Shown here: positions 36,832 to 46,361 of the stretch, piece after piece
Numbering within the stretch: position 1 is the stretch's first letter
Layout: the number at the start of each line of letters is the position of its first letter
Source of the DNA: a virus
Virus record (IMG/VR): IMGVR_UViG_3300020281_001713
DNA length: 64,000 nt
Direction: 5' to 3' (one strand)
Notes under the pieces: generated by a model
Told to the model about the DNA's origin: nothing
Databases searched by the model: none
What the model saw: only the letters and a program-made list of their open reading frames with translations
Program-made: the position numbers and the translations under genes

Positions 36832-37920
36832 ATGAGTGGTGTAAATACAACTCCAACTACACCAAACTCAACTGAATCAGGACATCCTGGTAACAGTATG
36901 ACGCATACGGGCGTTGACGCCCACGAAGGGTCAACTGTCACTAGCAACCCTGATGAACATTCACATGTACATTTCGATGACGGTTATAAATTACATTTTG
37001 GCGAAATAGCTAGCTTGTTTGAAGATATCCAAGCTGATATTAGAATAATAACAGATAGAGCAACAAGCCTTACAAAAGGTTTATATAAAAGAGATGCAGA
37101 TACAACTGCACCTAATGCCGCAAATATTGCATTACAGGCCGCGGCAGAAGTTAACTTTGATGCTACTGGAATTTTATCACAACTTAATGCTGAAATGTCC
37201 CGTCCTACAAATTACGCAGATACTACAAGCCAAAACTATGCAACAGTGCAAGGTGGCGGCACCTCAGGTAACTTTGTAGGAAGTAATAATTACCAAAGAC
37301 CTGCAGGATATGCAAGTGCAAGTACAGTAATAGTTCAGAATGATGACGGAACTACTACAGCAAAAAGAACAGGCGATGTCACATTACAAGAACTAGAAGC
37401 GGCTGGTTTAGCAACAACAGGTTCAGCTAGCGGTAATGTAAAATATGGTAACCAAGGTAAAATACGTAATCGTCCTTTACAACAAGCACTTATGGATATT
37501 TTAATTGCAGGTGCTAATGCCGCGAATGTTGATGTTTTAATTACAAGTGGCGGACAACTTGCCGCAAGAGATGGCGGAGTTGACGGAAGGACTAGGACAG
37601 GATCTAATAGACACGATAATGGATATGCCGCAGACGTTGTTATATTTAAAGACGGATTTCAAGGACGCGAATTATCTAGTAGAAATTCAGACGACTTAGC
37701 AATTATGGTTGCATTTATGAAAGCATGTAAAGATGCAGGAGCAACTGCAATAGGTCAAGGAAATAATTACATGGGCGATACAGGGATTCATGTAGACATT
37801 GCTTTAACAGGACAATCAGCAGGACAACTTACTAAAATTAGTACAGCATCTTTCTGGGGAGGAAAAGATGCTAAACGTGGATTGGCTCCACAATACTTAT
37901 CGGACATAATGACAGCATAA
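36832..37920 (+). CDS. Putative tail/baseplate protein with M15-like peptidase domain
   Basis: ITSGGQ...GSNRHDNGYAADV...GIHVDI (H-x6-D...H). Confidence 0.6.
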   Translation: MSGVNTTPTTPNSTESGHPGNSMTHTGVDAHEGSTVTSNPDEHSHVHFDDGYKLHFGEIASLFEDIQADIRIITDRATSLTKGLYKRDADTTAPNAANIALQAAAEVNFDATGILSQLNAEMSRPTNYADTTSQNYATVQGGGTSGNFVGSNNYQRPAGYASASTVIVQNDDGTTTAKRTGDVTLQELEAAGLATTGSASGNVKYGNQGKIRNRPLQQALMDILIAGANAANVDVLITSGGQLAARDGGVDGRTRTGSNRHDNGYAADVVIFKDGFQGRELSSRNSDDLAIMVAFMKACKDAGATAIGQGNNYMGDTGIHVDIALTGQSAGQLTKISTASFWGGKDAKRGLAPQYLSDIMTA

Positions 37921-38720
37921 TGCCTATACGATTTACACATACAGATTACACTGAAGAACTTAACAGGATTATCACTGCCATGACAGGTATTCGTAATGAC
38001 ATTAGATTATTAAGAAGAACATTAGAAGACCCAGAACAAGGTGTAGCAGTTAGTCATGTAATGAATGATTTACAAAAAGCTCTAATGGCAGTGGCTTTAA
38101 GTAATGATGGTGCAGGAAATGCAGAAGTAGTACGCAAAAAAATAATTTCAGGGGCAGGTGCTTCCTTAAATGCAGGAGCAGGAGTAACATCCGCTGGCAC
38201 AAGTCAAGAAAATATTGCGGCTATTAAACAAGGTGCTCCACCTAAGGCAACCGCAGTTGACCCTAGTATTGGAGACAAACGTTGGCCTGCTGAAAGAGCG
38301 GCAGGATCAGTTGCATTACCTAATGCGGGACCTAATTCAGATCTTGTAAATCCTGCCACAGGTGAAGTTATTGCAGTTGGTAGAGATCAACAAATTGCTA
38401 ACGTACAATCTGCTACGTCTCCTCAACCAGCTACTGGAGATCCAGTAATAGGCGTTGCACAAACAGAAAGACAACGTATACTTGAAAAATTAGGGCAGGA
38501 TATTGCAAGCACAAAAGTTTTAATTAGAGTAGCTGGACAATATTATTTTGAAGCTGATCCTACAGCAGGACCAGATGACGGTACTGTAGGTTCAATCCCC
38601 CAAGTAACAAAATTTGCACTTGGCACACAATTAGGATATCAATCTAAATCAGGCGGCGGAGATGATGAAGATTATGGACATGATACATCTGCAAGAAGTA
38701 GTCAAGGAAGTGTACAATAA
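37920..38720 (+). CDS. Putative tail/baseplate protein
   Basis: N-terminal helix resembles that of 36832; Gly/Ala-rich. Confidence 0.5.
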   Translation: MPIRFTHTDYTEELNRIITAMTGIRNDIRLLRRTLEDPEQGVAVSHVMNDLQKALMAVALSNDGAGNAEVVRKKIISGAGASLNAGAGVTSAGTSQENIAAIKQGAPPKATAVDPSIGDKRWPAERAAGSVALPNAGPNSDLVNPATGEVIAVGRDQQIANVQSATSPQPATGDPVIGVAQTERQRILEKLGQDIASTKVLIRVAGQYYFEADPTAGPDDGTVGSIPQVTKFALGTQLGYQSKSGGGDDEDYGHDTSARSSQGSVQ

Positions 38721-39508
38721 TGGCTAAGGTTCATAGAGTAGGAGACTTTGATACAAGCGGAGCGATGTCAAGTACTGGCTCTGAAAATGTTTTTGCCAAT
38801 GGCGGACCCACATTAGGAGGAGGAGTATCTGAAGTTTTTGATTTACCTGACGCAGTAGGAGTAACTGATATTGCCGCTAGAATGATATTATCAGATAGGG
38901 CAGATGAAATTAATAGAGGCGAAATTGATCCGGACATGAATGAACCATTCGAACAGTTTGATCCTGCTAGCGGCAAAGGCATTAATCCAGTTGATGGATC
39001 AACAGCGATAATTGGTGCACCTGGCTCACCTGCTGGAGGCGCCGGCGGAAATTTTGAAACAGACGCAGACGAAGAAACTGTCACTGTACCTTTTGATAAT
39101 TCTACACCAATTTCTGATATGTTATTACCTGAGCCACAAGTAAATATGAATGTATCAACAGATACCTTTAATAAGGCAGTTAAACTTGCAAAAAATTTAG
39201 GCAGACCGCTTAGAATAAACAGTGGGTATAGAACTCCAGAATATAATAGAAAAGTTGGAGGAGCCAAAAATAGTCAACATGTCGCAAAAAAAGCAATGGA
39301 TATAAGATGGCCTGATGGAGATTTCAGTACTAGAATAGCATTTATCCAATTAGCTTGTGATGTTGGATTTACAGGCATAGGTGTGTATAATAATTTCATG
39401 CATGTTGATACAGGTCCAAAAAGATGTTGGGGTCCATCGGGAGGAAGAGCTAGTGTATATCAACAGTACGTATCAGTTTTAAGAAAAAATGGATATACTG
39501 TTGGTTGA
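38720..39508 (+). CDS. PAAR-like N-terminus plus peptidase M15A domain
   Basis: HRVGD...TGSENVFANG; SGYRTPEYNRKVGGAKNSQH...AMDI...GIGVY..FMHVD. Confidence 0.75.
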   Translation: MAKVHRVGDFDTSGAMSSTGSENVFANGGPTLGGGVSEVFDLPDAVGVTDIAARMILSDRADEINRGEIDPDMNEPFEQFDPASGKGINPVDGSTAIIGAPGSPAGGAGGNFETDADEETVTVPFDNSTPISDMLLPEPQVNMNVSTDTFNKAVKLAKNLGRPLRINSGYRTPEYNRKVGGAKNSQHVAKKAMDIRWPDGDFSTRIAFIQLACDVGFTGIGVYNNFMHVDTGPKRCWGPSGGRASVYQQYVSVLRKNGYTVG

Positions 39509-39533
39509 CAACTATCATATTTGATGTTATAAT
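39505..39533 (+). promoter_or_regulatory. Sigma70-type early promoter
   Basis: TTGACA-17-TATAAT; similar promoters at about 19444, 29567, 42979, 45245, 48586 and 62177. Confidence 0.8.
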
Positions 39534-39556
39534 GGTATTATAAAATTAAATAAAGA

Positions 39557-40168
39557 TTGGATAGTATGGCTGAAAAACTAATACTAACAGACGCAGATGG
39601 AGTACTTTTAAACTGGGAGTATGCATTTACATGCTTTATGGACCAACAAGGTTTCCAAAAACAACCAGGATCAGCATTCCAATATGACATTGCAAAAGCT
39701 TTTAATTTAAAGTCTAATAATCAAGGACACAAACTAATTAAAAGATTTAATGAAAGTGCGGCAATGGGCTTTTTACCTGCACTAAGAGATAGTGTCCATT
39801 ATGTAAAAAAATTACACGAAGAGCATGGATATGAATTTCATTGTATTACTTCAATGAGCACTGACACATATGCATACAAACTTCGTAGAATGAATATAGA
39901 AAAGCTTTTTGGAACATCAGCTTTTACAAAACTTATATGTTTAGCTACAGGGGCACCTAAAGATGATGCCTTAGCTGAATATAAAGGTTCTAACTATTTT
40001 TGGATAGAAGATAAGTTAGATAATGCGGTCGCAGGCCTAAAACAAGGATTGCGTCCACTTTTGGTCGAACACGGCCACAATATGAATGAAGAACTTCCTG
40101 AAGGCATACATAAAGTAGTCAATTGGAAAGAAATTTATTCTATTATAACAGGAGAAAATGATGAGTGA
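39557..40168 (+). CDS. HAD-family 5'(3')-nucleotidase-like protein
   Basis: TDADGVLLNW, HCITS, WIEDK..N. Confidence 0.75.
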   Translation: MDSMAEKLILTDADGVLLNWEYAFTCFMDQQGFQKQPGSAFQYDIAKAFNLKSNNQGHKLIKRFNESAAMGFLPALRDSVHYVKKLHEEHGYEFHCITSMSTDTYAYKLRRMNIEKLFGTSAFTKLICLATGAPKDDALAEYKGSNYFWIEDKLDNAVAGLKQGLRPLLVEHGHNMNEELPEGIHKVVNWKEIYSIITGENDE

Positions 40169-40346
40169 ATTATCACAACACGAACAGATTGTTCAAGCGT
40201 TTAATCAATACCTTGCAGAAGCAGAGACTTTTGATGAAAAAGGTGTGAAGGCCGCGGCAGCTAGAGCCAGAAAGGCCCTTGGAGATCTAGGCAAACTTGC
40301 CAAGACAAGAAGAGCAGAAATCCAAGAGAAAAAGAACAACATGTAA
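40158..40346 (+). CDS. Small basic histone-H1-like protein
   Basis: KGVKAAAARARKALGDLGKLAKTRRAEIQEKK. Confidence 0.6.
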   Translation: MMSELSQHEQIVQAFNQYLAEAETFDEKGVKAAAARARKALGDLGKLAKTRRAEIQEKKNNM

Positions 40347-40552
40347 TGAGCGGGCAACGACTATGGCTCAGGACATGGGCAAGGATAGTTGGAATGCCTA
40401 TAGGTATGACAGATGATGACAAACCTGAATTTCTGCCTATACCGCAGACTAGTGTAAAACGTGCATTGGCGGCTAGAACTTTCTGGATCGTCTTGCACGT
40501 TGTTACATGTTGTATGATAATTGCCGGTAATGCAAAAGCACTTTTTTGGTAG
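40346..40552 (+). CDS. Small membrane protein
   Basis: C-terminal transmembrane segment. Confidence 0.55.
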   Translation: MSGQRLWLRTWARIVGMPIGMTDDDKPEFLPIPQTSVKRALAARTFWIVLHVVTCCMIIAGNAKALFW

Positions 40553-40560
40553 GAGGTAAT

Positions 40561-40935
40561 ATGAAAAAACTTTTAATCTTAATAATACTAGGCGTTGCAA
40601 TATTTGCAACCTTACCAGCAAACGCAGATCACCGTTATGGTTATGGTAATCAATGGAATAATCATTCATATGGTTATTATAATCATGGCGGCCCTTGGAA
40701 TAACCGTTGGCATAATCCAAGAGGTTATAGACCACATATGCATCACAGACATAATGGTGGTAGATGGCATAGACGCAATAATGATATTGCAGGAGTGATT
40801 ATAGGTGGCATAATTCTTAACGAAATATTTAGGAATAATAATCAAAGATACCAACAACAATGTTATGATGTAAAAAGGCAAGGATATAACCAAAATGGTT
40901 ATTATACCGAATGGTACGAAAGGGTTTGTAATTAA
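40561..40935 (+). CDS. Exported His/Asn/Tyr-rich protein
   Basis: GGAGG RBS, signal peptide, low-complexity HRH/NHG region. Confidence 0.6.
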   Translation: MKKLLILIILGVAIFATLPANADHRYGYGNQWNNHSYGYYNHGGPWNNRWHNPRGYRPHMHHRHNGGRWHRRNNDIAGVIIGGIILNEIFRNNNQRYQQQCYDVKRQGYNQNGYYTEWYERVCN

Positions 40936-41532
40936 GTGGGACAATACCCATTCTTCTATTTTTATGATTTAGAATTTGATGCTAGTAAAATTTTAGACTT
41001 CATCAATACTATACCAGATGAAGAATGGGTAGGACCACACATTGGCAATTATGATCCTGACATAGATACAACAGAGCATTTAGCAGACAACAACTTATGG
41101 ACTGCTAATAATCTCCAAACTGATTTTACTAAATGTAATGAAATTAATAAAATAGCAAAATACTTTTCCCCAGGTAGACGTTTCTTCAAAGGCATGATGA
41201 TAAAGAAAAGTAAAAAGGATTTTAAATCACCTTTTCATCCACTAATGCAAAATTTAGAATTTGATAAAAAAAATAACATTGTAAGAACATTTGATATAAT
41301 AGTACCTATTCAAGGAGGATTTGTAGAAAGTCCATTAGAAGCAATTGATACAAAAACAAACGAACACTTTACATTAGTGCCAAAAGGTTTAGCCTTTATG
41401 GTTCCTAATGATCCCAGTTGGCATTTTAGCTGGTGTGAAACAATACATGACTTTCGATATACTTTACACCTAAGGGGAGTAATGCCTATCAAACATGAAT
41501 TCATGAAAGGCTATTATCACAAAAATGTCTGA
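40936..41532 (+). CDS. Degenerate cupin / 2OG-oxygenase-like protein
   Basis: PFH...DIIVPI...WH...RYTL pattern. Confidence 0.45.
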   Translation: MGQYPFFYFYDLEFDASKILDFINTIPDEEWVGPHIGNYDPDIDTTEHLADNNLWTANNLQTDFTKCNEINKIAKYFSPGRRFFKGMMIKKSKKDFKSPFHPLMQNLEFDKKNNIVRTFDIIVPIQGGFVESPLEAIDTKTNEHFTLVPKGLAFMVPNDPSWHFSWCETIHDFRYTLHLRGVMPIKHEFMKGYYHKNV

Positions 41533-42033
41533 CTATCTAATTGAATTACCTCATTTTGAATATAATAAATCAGCACTAATTGATTACCAAAAGGAAATCA
41601 AGGACTGGCGTCCTAATAATCATTATACAAGAGCAGGAATTGATACAGGTAAAGCTAACAGTTGGTTTGACTATTATCCTGACAAAAATAATTCAGTAAT
41701 AAAGGAAATTACAAATAATCTAAATATTGATCTTGTAATACAAAAACCGTATAAGTTTACAATGCATTTAGCTGGAGGTAAACTACCTTGGCATATCGAT
41801 CCAAAAAGAGAATGTGTATTAATGATTCCTTTAACAGATGATAACGAAGGACTTAAATGGATTAATAGTAAGGGTGAAACCTTATGTGAACATATCTATA
41901 CATGCCCTACAGTTATAAATGCAAAAATTATGCATGGCTGTCCCACTATTACAAAAGATAGAATATTCTTGCAGGTTGATATACCATGTTCTTGGAGTAC
42001 CTTAAAAGAGGATTATAAATATATTTTCAATGT

Positions 42034-42043
<10 letters not shown>
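41525..42043 (+). CDS. 2OG-Fe(II) oxygenase-like protein
   Basis: LPWHID..RECVLMIPL...INAKIMHG...RIFLQ. Confidence 0.65.
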
Positions 42044-42109
<66 letters not shown>

Positions 42110-42128
42110 TTTTCACTAAATATTAATA

Positions 42129-42395
42129 ATGTCTACTATACCAAACAATGCTATGCCAATGACAAAAGATGTAGAATATCTTAACAGTCTACGTCGGCAA
42201 GAAGATGTAAGGATAGAAAAGCAATTAGAAGCAAAACGGTTAGAAGAGTTCAACAATAAAAAAATTATACTTTCAGAACTAATGTTGCAAAAATACTACG
42301 AAAGATTAGATGCACTTGCCTTATATAACAGACAAAAGCAACTAGAAAGAGCTCAAGCCGAGCAAGGCCGTTTTGTAGACATAGAAGTTAAGTAA
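42129..42395 (+). CDS. Hypothetical coiled-coil protein
   Basis: ORF after a CTAAATA motif. Confidence 0.55.
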   Translation: MSTIPNNAMPMTKDVEYLNSLRRQEDVRIEKQLEAKRLEEFNNKKIILSELMLQKYYERLDALALYNRQKQLERAQAEQGRFVDIEVK

Positions 42396-42429
42396 TCAGC
42401 TAAATACACTACACAAGAGGACGCAAACC

Positions 42430-42819
42430 ATGGCGTATTCAGATAAAGTGATAGATCATTACGAAAATCCACGTAATGTTGGCAAATGGGATCCCAAAAC
42501 AGACGGAGTAGGAACTGGAATGGTAGGAGCCCCTGCCTGTGGTGATGTTATGAGATTACAAATAAAAGTAAAAGATAACATAATAGAAGATGCCAAATTT
42601 AAAACTTATGGATGCGGTAGTGCAATAGCTTCTAGTTCTTTGCTCACAGAATGGGTCAAAGGTAGAACATTGGAAGAAGCAGGTGAAATAAAGAACGTAG
42701 AGATAGCAAACGAACTGGCTCTACCACCTGTAAAAATCCATTGTAGTGTTTTGGCAGAGGATGCTATAAAGGCCGCTATTGCAAATTACAAAGAAATAAA
42801 CGGAGAAAATAATGTATGA
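42430..42819 (+). CDS. iscU: Fe-S cluster scaffold IscU
   Basis: YSDKVIDHYENPRNVG, GAPACGDVM, GCGSAIASSS, LPPVKIHCS. Confidence 0.97.
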   Translation: MAYSDKVIDHYENPRNVGKWDPKTDGVGTGMVGAPACGDVMRLQIKVKDNIIEDAKFKTYGCGSAIASSSLLTEWVKGRTLEEAGEIKNVEIANELALPPVKIHCSVLAEDAIKAAIANYKEINGENNV

Positions 42820-43093
42820 TAACACTCAAGCTGAACACATTTATCAACAATGGGCACAAATCCAGCAAGGCTTACCACAAGGTAACCTTGAACAGTTACT
42901 TATAAACGAGTTGCACCTTAAAAAATCCGAAGCAATACAACTTGCAAAAAAATTAAATAAAAAATATCAAAAAACAGGTTGACAGCCTAAACAAAAGAAA
43001 GTATACTGTAAAAACAATGAGGCTAAGAGAATAGCTTCTTGGTGAGCGGAGTAGTTATCTACTCCATTTTATAAACTTTGAGAGAGGTAAATT

Positions 43094-43342
43094 ATGGCTT
43101 TTACAACCATTAAAACTAACCAGAAAACTTTCTTAGAAAACTATCTAAGAGGTACTGGCAAAACTTTGACTGCGGCTGATGCCAATGCAAGGTTCGGCAT
43201 TCAAAAACTAGCGGCTAGAATGAGCGAAATGAAAGCGGCTGGCTTGAATGTTAAAACTTCAACTGCTTCAACAGGCAAAGTGAAGTATGGCATTTCTGCT
43301 CGTGACGTAAACGGCAGTAGAGCTAAGGTATTCGCTTCCTAA
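43094..43342 (+). CDS. Small HTH-like DNA-binding protein
   Basis: LTAADANARFGIQKLAARMSEMKAAG; early promoter upstream. Confidence 0.6.
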   Translation: MAFTTIKTNQKTFLENYLRGTGKTLTAADANARFGIQKLAARMSEMKAAGLNVKTSTASTGKVKYGISARDVNGSRAKVFAS

Positions 43343-43358
43343 CATAAAAAGCGACACG

Positions 43359-43387
43359 AAAAAGGCGTCTCAGGGCGCCTTTTTTTA
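43359..43387. terminator. Bidirectional terminator
   Basis: AAAAAAGGCGTC-TCAG-GGCGCCTTTTTTTT. Confidence 0.8.
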
Positions 43388-43572
43388 CGACCACACAAGG
43401 AGAACGACTTCTCGATATACGTAAAGAGAATAGTTATAAACTGTGTATTGATCGCAATGACTTGGATCATAGAGAATGAACCAGAACTTTGTCGATTCAA
43501 AAAAAAGGGCGAACAATCCTCAGTGGTTGAAATCGAAGTTGACATCTAATAAAATCTATGTTATAAATAAAC

Positions 43573-43839
43573 TGCAACGTTGAAGCAAGCTCAACGACAT
43601 ACTGGACCCGGGGGCGGTACCCGGCGACTCCACCATAAACACATTTTACCGCAAGTGTGCTTATGATGGGGTCGAAATAGGATCGACAGGTGTTTAATAG
43701 GTAAGTGGAGTTGTCCGGATGTAAGCTCGGTTAACGCGAACAAAAACTATAATTGCAAATGACAATTATGCGCCAGAAATGGCAATGGCGGCCTAAATAG
43801 GCTTTCCGGGGTGGGTACTACCTGGCAACAGAAGTGCCA
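43573..43839 (+). ncRNA. ssrA: Permuted (two-piece) tmRNA, alphaproteobacterial type
   Basis: Acceptor piece ...CCGGG-GGCGGTA-CCCGG-CGACTCCACCA (ends 43635), spacer, coding piece GGGGTCGAAATAGGATCGAC from 43668; G3-U70; tag ANDNYAPEMAMAA* at 43755-43796. Confidence 0.93.
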
Positions 43840-43917
43840 ACTATTTACAAAAAGACATATTTTTTGATAAGTAAAAGTGCAAGAAATATTTGCAATCCAA
43901 AAAACGAAAGGAATACA

Positions 43918-44505
43918 ATGACAAAATATTTTGTAACGATCATCGCTGTGGCTTTATTTTCTTCAGTCGCAGTCGCAGATGATTTTGATAATACAGCACT
44001 TACACTGGCCGTAGAAGGCACTGACTACGGTATTGAATTATCAGCTAATGAAACAAGTAGATCATTTGAACTACACACTAATGATATGCCAGTAGCTCAA
44101 TATGCTGTTGGCATGACAGATAATGAAAGTGCGAGAGATTGGAGTGTATCGGTGACACCGAGTGTCAGCCAAGACGTGAGATCTTTTACTCTTTATGTTG
44201 AACCATTATTTGGACTCAACTGGGGAGACAATCATGATAAGACACAACTAGAACTTACACCAACAATAGGTGCTTCTTATCATGGCAGACCTGAAGCAAT
44301 ACCTTACTTCGAAATAACAGGCAGGAACGTTGCCGAAGCAGGTGACATTTTTGATATAGAAGCTAGTGAAAGGATTGCAACACTTGGTGCTATAGTACCA
44401 GTTAATCCAGTAGTTGATGTTGACTTAATGATGATTCAAACAATGGACAAAGAATGGGACAATGCGAATAGACAAATAGAAGCAAAGCTTTCTATAAAGT
44501 TTTAA
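43918..44505 (+). CDS. Outer-membrane beta-barrel-like protein
   Basis: Signal peptide (AVA-DD), beta-strand pattern, C-terminal Phe. Confidence 0.6.
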   Translation: MTKYFVTIIAVALFSSVAVADDFDNTALTLAVEGTDYGIELSANETSRSFELHTNDMPVAQYAVGMTDNESARDWSVSVTPSVSQDVRSFTLYVEPLFGLNWGDNHDKTQLELTPTIGASYHGRPEAIPYFEITGRNVAEAGDIFDIEASERIATLGAIVPVNPVVDVDLMMIQTMDKEWDNANRQIEAKLSIKF

Positions 44506-44585
44506 TTTACCATTTTTATAGAAAGAGGTCGCCTTAAGCGGCCTTTTTTTATGACTAAATATTACGTAATAGAAAGGAAGCAGAT

Positions 44586-44781
44586 GATAAAAAATTTAAA
44601 AGATTTAATCATATGCGTTTTGGTTGCAGGAGTATTAGTTTTATTAGGTATTATCATTATTGGAGATTATTATGTTGCCTTACAAGAAAACAGACCAGTT
44701 GACGAAAGCGTAATCACATTAATGAAAATGAGCTTAACAGGGATGATCGGTATAATTGCTGGTTACATAGGGAGTAGATAA
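44586..44781 (+). CDS. Small two-TM membrane protein
   Basis: Two hydrophobic helices; start approximate. Confidence 0.5.
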
Positions 44782-45242
44782 TGTACGAATATAGATGTAA
44801 AGTTGTAAAAGTAATAGACGGTGACACAGTTGATGTAGATATAGATCTAGGGTTTGGTATCTGGCAAATGGACGAGCGAGTCCGTATTATGGGTATAGAT
44901 ACTCCAGAAAGTAGAACACGAGATAAAGTAGAAAAAGCATTTGGATTAGCCGCAAAAGCTAAATTAAAAGAATTACTTAAAGGCACTCCTACTTTAAAAA
45001 CACAAATTAACAAACACGGCGAAGATATGAAAGGCAAGTTTGGAAGAATACTTGGCGACTTTATTGTTGAAGATGGGTATGGCGGATACAAAAATGGATC
45101 TTTGGTAACTGAAATAATGATTGCTGAAGGACATGCAGTTCCATATACCGGAGGATCCAAAGAAGAAATCCAAGCCATGCATATGAAAAATCGTGAAAGG
45201 CTTATTGCTGAAGGATTAGTAACTCCTCCAAACCTAAAATAA
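44781..45242 (+). CDS. Thermonuclease (SNase-like)
   Basis: KVIDGDTVD, RVRIMGIDTPESRT, GKFGRILG. Confidence 0.9.
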   Translation: MYEYRCKVVKVIDGDTVDVDIDLGFGIWQMDERVRIMGIDTPESRTRDKVEKAFGLAAKAKLKELLKGTPTLKTQINKHGEDMKGKFGRILGDFIVEDGYGGYKNGSLVTEIMIAEGHAVPYTGGSKEEIQAMHMKNRERLIAEGLVTPPNLK

Positions 45243-45296
45243 GGTTGACATATACTTTCGTACATGTTATAATGAAATATAATTGTAACATGGAGA

Positions 45297-45728
45297 ATGT
45301 CTATGACTATGAGTTTGGCACGAGGGCTAACTACTCTCAACACACGAAAGCGTAAGCCTAAGAAATTTACTCTAAAACAGCAAGAGAAAAATGAAATTGA
45401 TCGTAGAGCTTATAATAAGCGTATGAAACAACTTGGCTTGCATAATCAACAAATGAATTCAGAAGAGTATGAGCAGTATCTTTTGGGTAATTATAAGTCA
45501 AAAAAGAAACAAGAGTTCAAACCTTATGTTCCAAAAGACAATCCTTTCTACAGAGAAACACCTGAAATTCCTAGCAATGGAAATGGTATAGGTAATTGCT
45601 ATAAAAAGGAAAATAACACCTATACAGGTACATTAATTACAGGTATTGCTACAATGCATAAAAGCAACGCCGTGCCTATTACTAATAAAAAACAGGCAAT
45701 TGACGTAGCCAATATGCGTAGAAACTAA
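45297..45728 (+). CDS. Conserved T4-like early hypothetical protein
   Basis: YTG..ITGIATMHKSNAVP; early promoter at 45245. Confidence 0.65.
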   Translation: MSMTMSLARGLTTLNTRKRKPKKFTLKQQEKNEIDRRAYNKRMKQLGLHNQQMNSEEYEQYLLGNYKSKKKQEFKPYVPKDNPFYRETPEIPSNGNGIGNCYKKENNTYTGTLITGIATMHKSNAVPITNKKQAIDVANMRRN

Positions 45729-45770
45729 AATATGTACTTAATAACCACTGAAATTTCAATTAAATAATAG

Positions 45771-46352
45771 ATGAGGCTTACTATGAAACAGATAAGAGAC
45801 GGTCTGACCTTAGCAGTTATATCCATCTTTACTTATATGGGTACAGGATTAGCAGAAACAGTGTCAGGCATAAACGAACTGTATGCGGAAGAAGAAAGAC
45901 CGCAGGAATACTGCCTAGCACTTAATATGTATTTTGAGTCTAGAGGAAGTAGTGTTGCCGACATGGCAGGCGTGAGTGATGTAGTACTAAATAGAGTAAA
46001 GGATGCGAGATATCCTAATACAATTTGCGAAGTTATTAAGCAAGGTCCAGTAAGAGAAAGTTGGAAAACTAAAAAAGATCCAGACTTACTTGATCATGAA
46101 AGAGTATATAATCCTGTAAGACACAAATGCCAATTTAGTTGGTATTGTGACGGCAAAGCTGATGTTCCACGTAACCAAGATTTATGGCACCTAGTGCAGA
46201 ACATGGCATACTTAATGATCTGGGAAAAGAAGTATGTAGGTATTACTGAAGGATCTACGCATTATCACGCAGAATATGTAAACCCAAGGTGGGCGAATGG
46301 TTTACATTTAACGGGTAGAATAGGAAAGCATATATTCTACCGCTGGGAATAG
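45771..46352 (+). CDS. Cell wall hydrolase (SleB / Hydrolase_2)
   Basis: CLALNMYFESRG, VVLNRV...YPNTICEV, CQFSWYCDG, THYHA.YV.P.W, IGKHIFY. Confidence 0.92.
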   Translation: MRLTMKQIRDGLTLAVISIFTYMGTGLAETVSGINELYAEEERPQEYCLALNMYFESRGSSVADMAGVSDVVLNRVKDARYPNTICEVIKQGPVRESWKTKKDPDLLDHERVYNPVRHKCQFSWYCDGKADVPRNQDLWHLVQNMAYLMIWEKKYVGITEGSTHYHAEYVNPRWANGLHLTGRIGKHIFYRWE

Positions 46353-46361
46353 GAGAAACAT

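Noticed and set aside
43339-43545. Minus-strand 68-aa ORF or possible ncRNA upstream of tmRNA
   Set aside because: Spans a terminator and a promoter; no convincing RBS or fold recognised
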